Shown: positions 38,050 through 45,334 of the stretch, piece after piece | Numbering within the stretch: position 1 is the first letter of the stretch | How the letters are laid out: the number at the start of each line of letters is the position of its first letter | Source: a virus | Lineage: Duplodnaviria > Caudoviricetes | Reading direction: 5' to 3' (one strand) | Virus record (IMG/VR): IMGVR_UViG_3300044477_000030 | Span: 12,659 to 76,658 of that record | DNA length: 64,000 nt | The notes under the pieces: generated by a model | Told to the model about the DNA's origin: nothing | What the model saw: the letters and a program-made list of their open reading frames with translations, nothing else | Databases searched by the model: none | Position numbers and translations under genes: made by a program

Positions 38050-38772
38050 CTACTTAGCAATTTCCGTTCCATTTTCTTCCTGCAATTCTTTCCAGTATTC
38101 AGGTATCAATTCGCAATGGTAATACTGGTCAATGTACAAATCTTCGCAATAATAGTAGAAATTGATATTGGCAAAATCGTGCAAATCTTCGCCCTTTTCC
38201 TTCCAAATGATGTAATGCAATGCCGTGCCAAGGCAATAATCAATTTTATCATCCAAGGCAAGGGCATGGAACCAATCGTATTCATCATGAGGAACAAAGG
38301 AAATAAAACCGTCACGGCTTTTCCAAGTATCATGCAACCAAGCAAAAAATGCCGTATTTCCCAAGGCGAATTTTTTCAGTTCCTTGCGAATTTTCCGTAC
38401 ATCACAATGGACGGTAAAATCCATTTCATCCCCTTGGAAGTTGTATTCCTTTGGGCTCCAATGGGATTTATATTCGATCTTTTCAATGGACGGGAACGCA
38501 TTCTTCCAATGTTCCAAACAGTTTTCTTCCAAGTAGGAAATTGCACGCTTGCAAATGTCCTGAAGATAATCGGAGAATTCAAACTTTCCACCGATTACCT
38601 TTTCGATAATCTTTTTATGGAACTCTTCAGGAATTTCCCCATAGTTTCCATTCTCCAAATCTTCCTTTAGGTTATATTCAAATCTATCATCCTCTAATGC
38701 ATCGAAATAAGTGCCATAGGTGGAAACGCTAACAACACGGCATATTCCAGTGTTCAATTCGATCTTTTTCAT
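38050..38772 (-). CDS. Hypothetical acidic protein, 240 aa
   Basis: AAGG RBS; SPKEYNFQGDEM motif. Confidence 0.75.
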   Translation of the reverse strand: MKKIELNTGICRVVSVSTYGTYFDALEDDRFEYNLKEDLENGNYGEIPEEFHKKIIEKVIGGKFEFSDYLQDICKRAISYLEENCLEHWKNAFPSIEKIEYKSHWSPKEYNFQGDEMDFTVHCDVRKIRKELKKFALGNTAFFAWLHDTWKSRDGFISFVPHDEYDWFHALALDDKIDYCLGTALHYIIWKEKGEDLHDFANINFYYYCEDLYIDQYYHCELIPEYWKELQEENGTEIAK

Positions 38773-38797
38773 TTGATACCTTCTTTTTGATTGATGT

Positions 38798-38822
38798 AAG
38801 TATTAAGCTAGATTCATGCCAA
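38798..38822 (-). promoter_or_regulatory. sigma54-type promoter TTGGCATG-AATC-TAGCTTAATACTT
   Basis: GG-N10-GC; 24/25 identical to 39955-39979. Confidence 0.7.
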
Positions 38823-38993
38823 TCCCAATCCCTTTATTTCGACGAATCGGGAAGGCACCACCTGGAATTATTTGCCCCATGGGAAATACTTGCCTGCAAT
38901 TTATACCCGCATGAACGAAACGAAAACGAAAGGCAAGAGGATAGGGCAAAATTGGATGAGCAAAATGGTAGCAACAATTTTCCAAATCATAGT

Positions 38994-39275
38994 TTACTCC
39001 TTTATCCCAAAGAATGCCTTGATTGTTTTCCAGTTCTCTACATTCTTGTCCGTGCAAATCATGAGAAAACCATTTTTTATTTCGGTATATTGCCAAGGCA
39101 TTTCGGGCGGAAATTCGGCTGCTACCATGTTCTCCATTCCCGACATATCATAATGCCAACTCAAAATCTTTGTTTTCTTCAAATGAGTCGAATGTACGGA
39201 AATTCGAGAACCCTTGGTGTTCGTTGCCCCAAGATACTTGATTTCAAGGCTTTGCGCATTGTATATTGGTTGCAT
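38994..39275 (-). CDS. Small hypothetical protein (KYLGATNTKGSRI motif)
   Basis: AAGGAG RBS; motif recalled from phage early proteins. Confidence 0.7.
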   Translation of the reverse strand: MQPIYNAQSLEIKYLGATNTKGSRISVHSTHLKKTKILSWHYDMSGMENMVAAEFPPEMPWQYTEIKNGFLMICTDKNVENWKTIKAFFGIKE

Positions 39276-39279
39276 GGTA

Positions 39280-39471
39280 TCATTCTCCTTTTGTCCAGAA
39301 GTTCCCAAGTGTTAATCCCCTTCCCGTGGACTTAATCGGGAATTGGGATGCCCTTTTTCCAAGATCGAAAATCCCCTTGGATTGTTGATAGGCTTGAATC
39401 AATGCTTCTTTAGCGGGAAGATTGAAAATCAATTCTTCCATGGTGTTAGTGTTGAATACTTTTGTTTGCAT
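39280..39471 (-). CDS. Small hypothetical protein
   Basis: AAGGA RBS. Confidence 0.6.
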   Translation of the reverse strand: MQTKVFNTNTMEELIFNLPAKEALIQAYQQSKGIFDLGKRASQFPIKSTGRGLTLGNFWTKGE

Positions 39472-39614
39472 TTGAAATCCTTTGGCTTAATAACCGAAAT
39501 AGATTACTATTGACTGACGGGAATGGTTGAAAGTGAATGAGTGTAGAAACTTTGGGCTTTCTTCCCTGAAGGCCCAAAAATTCCCATATGAATCGAAATA
39601 GGCACTTAGCAGCA

Positions 39615-39929
39615 TCAAGTCAAGACCCATTTAATAGATTCAAAATCCTTTCTCGAAAGCGGAAACTTTTCAGCCTTATTGTAAACAAAAGCCAAAACAT
39701 TTTGCCCTATACCGTCATGATTCACACTCTTTGGTCTCTCATTCCATGCAGTCAACATTTTCAAGGCGATTACTTTCGAGTCCTCGTCTCTCAAATAGAT
39801 ATATCCGGCGTCGTTTGCTTTCAGATAATCGAGGCAAGCAACATACACGGCCAATGGGCCTTTCCCCTTTGCATCCTTGATTTCCTGCAATTCTGCAATT
39901 TCCTTGATTCTTGTCTTTGTGATGCTCAT
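39615..39929 (-). CDS. Small hypothetical protein, 104 aa
   Basis: AAGGAAGG RBS downstream of a sigma54-type promoter. Confidence 0.7.
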   Translation of the reverse strand: MSITKTRIKEIAELQEIKDAKGKGPLAVYVACLDYLKANDAGYIYLRDEDSKVIALKMLTAWNERPKSVNHDGIGQNVLAFVYNKAEKFPLSRKDFESIKWVLT

Positions 39930-39954
39930 TCGATCCTTCCTTTTGAGTGATGCA

Positions 39955-39979
39955 AAGTATTAAGCTAGATTCGTGCCAA
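39955..39979 (-). promoter_or_regulatory. sigma54-type promoter TTGGCACG-AATC-TAGCTTAATACTT
   Basis: Perfect -24 box TGGCACG; GG-N10-GC. Confidence 0.75.
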
Positions 39980-40126
39980 TTCAAAATGGGCTAATTTGCG
40001 CATTTTCCGCATTCATTGCAGGCAATTTCTTCCAATGGGCAAAACTTTCCTTTCTATTCCAATTTGGACTATATTTCTTGCCTAAAATATCTCAATCTTC
40101 CATATAACACAAATCTGGAAACAAAG

Positions 40127-40157
40127 AAAAAAGGCCACGGGATTTTGTCCCATGGCC
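40127..40157 (-). terminator. Rho-independent terminator
   Basis: GGCCATGGGA-CAAAA-TCCCGTGGCC followed by T6 (G-U pair only on the minus strand). Confidence 0.85.
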
Positions 40158-40162
40158 GTATG

Positions 40163-40223
40163 CGATTGACGATTGACGATTGACGATTGACGATTGACGA
40201 TTGACGATTGACGATTGACGATT
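40163..40223. repeat. Heptamer tandem array (CGATTGA)8 + CGATT
   Basis: Read directly; lies between the stop of 40222-40728 and the terminator. Confidence 0.98.
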
Positions 40224-40728
40224 ATGCAAACTCATATGCCAGTTCGCAGGCCAGGTTCTTGCGAATCTTACGATAGAGTTCCTTGTGCATACCCACTGGC
40301 CGTCCGAGTCCCTGGGCGATGTTGGAGACCACTTCCGCATCCTCTGGAGATAGAGTGGAGATTAATGATTCAAGTTCGAGCTGCTTGAATGCAGGATCTT
40401 CTACGCCAATGCGGTCTTCGAGAGTTTGAATGTGGCCTTCGTCGCAGAATCCAACTTCCGTGCTCATCTGGAGAGTATCGGCGTTGATTTGGTTTTCCGC
40501 GCTCTTTGGATTGGCCATGTGAGAAAGACGCATCAGGGAGAAACCAAGGTGGGAACTGAATGATGCCTGGGAAGGATCGAATGTGGCGCACGCATTCATG
40601 AAGAGTACATTGGCCTGGGACTTGCAATCATCGAGAGCGATGCCGTACTTAACATGGGCCTGCCATGCCTTCTGGTTGATCATTCTCTCAAATTGACGAT
40701 AGAGCTTGTTCATTTGTGTGGTTTCCAT
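40222..40728 (-). CDS. Small sigma70-like (region 2 / region 4-like) transcription factor
   Basis: DDCKSQANVLFMNACATFDPSQASFSSHL resembles sigma region 2; LISTLSPEDAEVV resembles the start of region 4. Confidence 0.5.
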   Translation of the reverse strand: METTQMNKLYRQFERMINQKAWQAHVKYGIALDDCKSQANVLFMNACATFDPSQASFSSHLGFSLMRLSHMANPKSAENQINADTLQMSTEVGFCDEGHIQTLEDRIGVEDPAFKQLELESLISTLSPEDAEVVSNIAQGLGRPVGMHKELYRKIRKNLACELAYEFA

Positions 40729-40824
40729 GGTGATCTCCTTTGTTTGTTTTGCTTATGAAACAAAAATACACCCCGTTTCCGAGGTGCGTATCATTTTTTT
40801 TTCAAGCCAATAGTCCAAGTCGGA

Positions 40825-41748
40825 CTAATAGAGATCCAACCGCAGTTCCTCGGCCTCTTTCTCTGTCAAATCGCCACAATCCCTGGGCTCTCCCTTCGCA
40901 TTCAATCCGAAATCTGCTTCCACCACACTTGCGGATCTCCCGCAGGCTGCAAGCTCGCGGGCATAGGACAATGCCTTGGCCTGGGCTTCTGGCTCCGGGT
41001 CGAATAGAAAGATGATCTCATCCCAATTGGAAAGCAGGCGGATCTGTGCGTTGGTCATAGAGGTGCCATAGGAGCACGCAAATCCCCTTCCCATGCGCCA
41101 GGCATCAAAGATACCCTCCACAACAACAATGCGCCTGGAGGTGGCCAAATGCGCCCCGTAGAGGGTTTCTTTATAATGCATGAGGCATTTTTCCACGGAT
41201 GGGAACTTGTACCGGTGCTCTTGCTTGTTGGTGATGTCGCGCCCTTGCCAAGCCACGATTCGTCCATGGAGATCGTGCAGAGGAATAATGATGCGCAGTT
41301 GGCAGTCCTCGCCCTCCCAATATTCCATTGGGCCAGTGCCGAGGATTCCGTATTCGGAGGTCAGGTGATCTGGATCGAAGCCACGACCTTCTATGTATCT
41401 GCGATGCCGTTCATTCAATGGCTCGCCTGGAATGGTAATTGACGATCGGTATGTGATCTGCTCCTTGACTTGTAGAACCGATTTGCCTTGTCCATCGTTA
41501 TATTGCTCAATAATGTCCTCTGCTTCGGAATCTGCCACATGGAGTAGTTTTACGATTAACGATTTGAGTGATCCAGATTTGCAGCGCCAACAAGACACCG
41601 ATCCGCTTCGAGGATTGACTCCGAGGTGATTTGATCTATCCGAACAAAAGGGACAACGAATGTGAACGTGGCCCTCGCGTACATTCTTTCCTGCCGTCCA
41701 GCATTGGATCTGGTTGTCTCTGAAGAATCTGTATGCGTCGAAGCTCAT
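40825..41748 (-). CDS. DNA primase (Zn finger + TOPRIM)
   Basis: CPFC...CWRC zinc finger; YIEGRG; IIIPL...WQGR; VVVEGIFDAW; LFDPE. Confidence 0.9.
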   Translation of the reverse strand: MSFDAYRFFRDNQIQCWTAGKNVREGHVHIRCPFCSDRSNHLGVNPRSGSVSCWRCKSGSLKSLIVKLLHVADSEAEDIIEQYNDGQGKSVLQVKEQITYRSSITIPGEPLNERHRRYIEGRGFDPDHLTSEYGILGTGPMEYWEGEDCQLRIIIPLHDLHGRIVAWQGRDITNKQEHRYKFPSVEKCLMHYKETLYGAHLATSRRIVVVEGIFDAWRMGRGFACSYGTSMTNAQIRLLSNWDEIIFLFDPEPEAQAKALSYARELAACGRSASVVEADFGLNAKGEPRDCGDLTEKEAEELRLDLY

Positions 41749-42041
41749 TAATAAAAATGCCCATTCAAATTATTAATTAACAAAATGAGATCTTTGTCTT
41801 CTGGATATTTCTTCGTCAAAGATCTTAGCGCTGTCCGTATCTCTTCTCGGGTTGGAAAAAACTTTTCTTCCAGTGATCGTCTCGCATTACCAATCGCATC
41901 TTCAAGCTGACAAGGCTCAATACAAGAACCATGAAATACCGCAACCGATAGCTCACATTTCATGGTAGCAGTCACCTTGCTAACACCCGGAGCCGTCGGC
42001 CCGATCACATCGAACGAAACCCATTGATCAATCACACTCAT
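41748..42041 (-). CDS. Hypothetical protein
   Basis: Coupled ORF. Confidence 0.55.
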   Translation of the reverse strand: MSVIDQWVSFDVIGPTAPGVSKVTATMKCELSVAVFHGSCIEPCQLEDAIGNARRSLEEKFFPTREEIRTALRSLTKKYPEDKDLILLINNLNGHFY

Positions 42042-42472
42042 AAGTCCTCCAAAGGTTTGCTGAAAAAGTCATAAGCATCGGACACATCTGTGTTGATACG
42101 GTTTGGCGTATTGCGCGATTGGCGCAGGCACTTGGGAATCCTGGCCTTGTTCTCGTCTTCGAGCTTCCATCTTCCCTTCGTAAACACACCCTTGTTGATC
42201 TCTTCATCGCCGAATGGAACGGGATACACATCCCAATAGATGCGCTTCTTGATCAGTCCTAGATTTTGCAAGCGCTCGAACTTATGCCGCGCCTGGTAAT
42301 ATGTGCCACCCTCAACACTCTGAAGTTGCTTGTAACTAAAAGTAGGATGCGTCTTGAGATAATCGTAGAGCTTGCGCAGATATGGTGGAAGGCTGACACC
42401 ATCCCACAACGCAGGGACGGCGACGCCTTTGCGCTTCTTGTTGTATCTAGTGGGATCGTACTTCTTTGCCAT
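42038..42472 (-). CDS. Basic hypothetical protein (possible winged-HTH)
   Basis: LRKLYDYLK...ARHKFERLQNLGLIKKR. Confidence 0.55.
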   Translation of the reverse strand: MAKKYDPTRYNKKRKGVAVPALWDGVSLPPYLRKLYDYLKTHPTFSYKQLQSVEGGTYYQARHKFERLQNLGLIKKRIYWDVYPVPFGDEEINKGVFTKGRWKLEDENKARIPKCLRQSRNTPNRINTDVSDAYDFFSKPLEDL

Positions 42473-42578
42473 GATCACTCCGAATAAAAAGTCCCGGCTC
42501 TGTGAGGCTGTGCCGGATCAGCCATGCCTGTGAGTGTCCAAAAAGACGAACTATTGTCGTCTCGTTGCACCCTCGCCG

Positions 42579-42884
42579 TCAATGATCGCAGGCTCGATCA
42601 CCTTGTCGTCCGTTGTCCATGGCCGAACGATGGGCTTTCTTATATAACAAATAAACAAGCAAGACGATGTTGAAGACATAATTCAAATGCAACGGCCATT
42701 GAATGATCCCAATGGATATATTCTGCCAGATGACATAGATCCAAGTCAATACTTCACCGATAAACCAAACCAGAAGGAAATACACAGACAATGCCTTGGT
42801 GTCCTGTGTCTTCCACACTTTGATAACTTGTGGTAGAGCACAGAAAGCAAGGCACAGGGCGCCTATTGTTCCAATGACAAGCAT
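42579..42884 (-). CDS. PQ-loop (SemiSWEET/MtN3-like) small membrane protein, 101 aa
   Basis: IGTIGALCLAFCALPQVIKVWKTQDTKALS; three transmembrane helices. Confidence 0.8.
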   Translation of the reverse strand: MLVIGTIGALCLAFCALPQVIKVWKTQDTKALSVYFLLVWFIGEVLTWIYVIWQNISIGIIQWPLHLNYVFNIVLLVYLLYKKAHRSAMDNGRQGDRACDH

Positions 42885-43074
42885 GATTGCCCGAAGAGTT
42901 CGAGTTGGTCTTTCTTCACAGGTTCTTCTTGGTTGATCTTCACCACACCATCCCAATCCGCAGGCACATTGGGAGAGTCTTCGAAGTTCCCACAAGTGCA
43001 AGCACGAGCAAAGTTGGCGTTGGTTCCAAATCCAGCGTGGTGCTCGACTTGGAACATTTCCTTTCCACAATCAC
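42863..43074 (-). CDS. Small Cys-rich protein
   Basis: CDCG...CTCG pairs. Confidence 0.45.
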
Positions 43075-43490
43075 ATTGCACGGTTGGCCTCCAATACTTT
43101 GAGTTTGCTCCAAGCGCGGATTGCCTCTGCACGGGTTGCCTTGTGTGGGCCTTGAGCCTGGCATTCGCAGCAGACAACAAACCATTCATTCTTAATATTC
43201 ACCACATTGGGATCGCTAACAAGATCGAATGGGCAGGCAGGGATGATCTTCTTGGATGACTTCCTTTCAGATGTGGACAATTTTACCACATCCTCATCTC
43301 CTCTGTAATATCCCAATCCTTCTTGACAGATACCCCCACAACCATGAAATATCGAGCGCACTGTTCTTTCATCCATCTCAAGGCACAAAACTCCAGCGGA
43401 AGTTCGTCCCTTTACCGTTCCAATCCTTCCGACCATTTTCGAATGAAAATCATCGGACATAACCCTAACTCGATCACCCTTATTGAATTT
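43071..43490 (-). CDS. KOW/SH3-like domain fused to a Lar (restriction alleviation)-like Zn finger
   Basis: MKFNKGDRVRV; CPF...VVCCECQAQGP...AEAIRAW. Confidence 0.6.
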   Translation of the reverse strand, partial: KFNKGDRVRVMSDDFHSKMVGRIGTVKGRTSAGVLCLEMDERTVRSIFHGCGGICQEGLGYYRGDEDVVKLSTSERKSSKKIIPACPFDLVSDPNVVNIKNEWFVVCCECQAQGPHKATRAEAIRAWSKLKVLEANRAM

Positions 43491-43753
43491 CATAGCTTGG
43501 CCTCCAGACCCTCGGGGGAGCACCACCACAGATTGCGTTCTTCTGGCCCGGTCAATCCACCAGCGGAGTGCATATATCCATTCCGCGATGGGATTTTGAC
43601 AAGCACGAGGACATTGCAGCAATCAGGAAAGTCGTCGAACTTTTCGGTGCAGACAACTTCGCCTTCGATTGTGTCTTCTCCGAAGTTAGGGATTCCGTTG
43701 ATGGACACATTGACCATCACTTGCATTTTTTCGCGAACATCACAAATACGCAT
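43490..43753 (-). CDS. Hypothetical protein
   Basis: Coupled ORF. Confidence 0.55.
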   Translation of the reverse strand: MRICDVREKMQVMVNVSINGIPNFGEDTIEGEVVCTEKFDDFPDCCNVLVLVKIPSRNGYMHSAGGLTGPEERNLWWCSPEGLEAKL

Positions 43754-43832
43754 GGTTAGCCAACCCGGTTGAATGTGTACTTTGCCGAGGCAGCAATAGA
43801 TGCCACCAACCCGATAACTAAAAGAACTTCGA

Positions 43833-44174
43833 TCATTTTGATTCCTTGGTTGATGAATTAATTTCTGAATATGCTCCGATTTCCTTCAGCACATCTTCAA
43901 GCATCCAGATCGCGAACAAGGCTGTTTGCCCGATGCGTCCACGGTAGGTATTCGATGTCCGAACGGATTCAATCTTCTTGCGGATGGCCTGGATTGCCAG
44001 ATCATATTTAACCCTCGTCCTATGCGCTTCGCCTTGCAATTCGTTGCATCGGATTTGAAGTTCATTGCAATCATGGAGAAAATTAGCAAGAACACTAGCT
44101 TTCCCTGCTTGCCTCGCAGACTTATAGAACCCCTCAAGCTCGGTCGGGACATATTTTTCCTTTGGTTGATTCAT
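43833..44174 (-). CDS. Hypothetical coiled-coil protein
   Basis: MNQPKEKYVPTELEGFYK. Confidence 0.55.
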   Translation of the reverse strand: MNQPKEKYVPTELEGFYKSARQAGKASVLANFLHDCNELQIRCNELQGEAHRTRVKYDLAIQAIRKKIESVRTSNTYRGRIGQTALFAIWMLEDVLKEIGAYSEINSSTKESK

Positions 44175-44175
44175 A

Positions 44176-44375
44176 TCATCCATCCTGGTTGAGCAAAAGC
44201 GTTGGAGGCATACCGAATTCGGACATGGCGATGATCTTACTGAACATCGCATCCCGCTGCCGACATTTATCTTCAGCTTCGTGCATGGTCGGAATAGAGT
44301 GCTGATGAATTTCCAGTGTTCTAAGTTCACGCTCCCAATCGAAATATGTAATCAGAAAATGTCTCATGCCTACAT
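44176..44375 (-). CDS. Small hypothetical protein, probably leaderless
   Basis: AATTG-TATTAT six nt upstream of the ATG. Confidence 0.55.
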
Positions 44376-44393
44376 AATACAATTCCAGCCCAT

Positions 44394-44433
44394 AAAAAAG
44401 CTAAAGGCTATACCCCAAGATGGAATACAGCCT
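44394..44433 (-). terminator. Rho-independent terminator closing the ORF-free structured unit
   Basis: AGGCTGTATTCC-ATCTT-GGGGTATAGCCT (3 G-U pairs on the minus strand) then TTAGCTTTTTT. Confidence 0.75.
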
Positions 44434-44486
44434 CTATCAACACAAATGTCTAAATAATCGCAATATCTATCAACACAAATGTCTAA
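44433..44486. repeat. 21-bp direct repeat TCTATCAACACAAATGTCTAA x2 (period 33)
   Basis: 44433-44453 and 44466-44486. Confidence 0.95.
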
Positions 44487-45150
44487 TCAATTAACATATT
44501 ATCACCAAATTCTATCTCTTTAACAATCAGAATCAGTAAGTCTTGAAAACCAAGACATCTATACCCTGGCTTAACAGCCTTAATACATTCCGAGATCGGC
44601 AGGCTTCGCCTGGCTCTCGGTCGGGACTCCGACAGGCTTCGCCTGCTCTCTGTCCCGATTGTAGGTTTTCTTGGTTTCTTTTGTCTGGGAGCCTGGTGCC
44701 TGTATTGGCTTTAGCCCTTCTGGGATAGGGGAGTGCTGGAGGTCTGGACTCCAGAGGATAGAGCTTACCTTACCTATCTGAAAAACAACAAGGTAAAACT
44801 TGCCTGTTTCCAGCTAGGTAAAGGTTGCACTTCTGTACAAAGGGTCGGCTTTTCGGCCTATCGTCCTTCGGACTTCGCTCGATCCAAGTCTGCCCACGGG
44901 TCAGCCGGTATGGGAATTTTCGCCTGGTATCGCCTTTGGGGGCCAAAGCCCCCCTGACGGTCGCTCCTACTGGAGCTATCCTATTCGACCATGCTCTGCC
45001 TCGAAAGCAGTCTCCGCCAGTCTTTAGCCAGGCAAGTGCGCGAAGGCACCCATCGTCCCGACCACCCAAGGCGTCCTAGTCTTGCTGCTGGCAAGTTGCA
45101 CCCCCATAAGAGATGCCGACCTTGGGCTCCTGTTCCTATATGGAACCGGC

Positions 45151-45171
45151 TTTGTATTACTATAATACAAA
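45151..45171. promoter_or_regulatory. Palindrome TTTGTATTA-CTA-TAATACAAA: back-to-back copies of the phage promoter motif
   Basis: Perfect 9-bp inverted repeat at the strand-switch point. Confidence 0.65.
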
Positions 45172-45334
45172 TTTCTTAGACCTTTTTGTGAGATTTGTAT
45201 AAAAAAGTTGAAATTTCTATACTTGTCTCGGGTGTCCATACAGTGTAAATAAAAATTTCATTCCAATTTGGAGTGGTTTTTTTTCATTTCGGTATAAAAA
45301 AGTTGTATTATATGGGAAAAAGGACGGTATCCAA

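Larger units (their letters stand above)
44394..45150 (-). ncRNA. Candidate large structured non-coding RNA (~750 nt), family unassigned
   Basis: Promoter motif at 45160-45174, terminator at 44394-44433, no credible ORF, more than 12 nested stems with minus-strand-specific G-U pairs and a GAAA tetraloop (by eye). Confidence 0.6.

Noticed and set aside
37526-40223. Heptamer arrays or 24-nt units as CRISPR arrays
   Set aside because: No repeat-spacer alternation and no cas genes in the window.
44394-45150. tmRNA, RNase P, tRNA cluster or group I/II intron
   Set aside because: I could not see tRNA-like ends with TTCGA/CCA, RNase P GAGGAAAGTCC, group II GTGCG/domain V or group I P7 signatures, and there is no interrupted host gene. 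A covariance-model search is still needed.
44733-45239. ORFs 44733-44957 (+), 44770-45069 (-), 44825-45079 (+), 45024-45239 (-) as real genes
   Set aside because: Weak GTG/TTG starts or no RBS, mutually overlapping, atypical composition; the sequence is better explained by base-pairing constraints.
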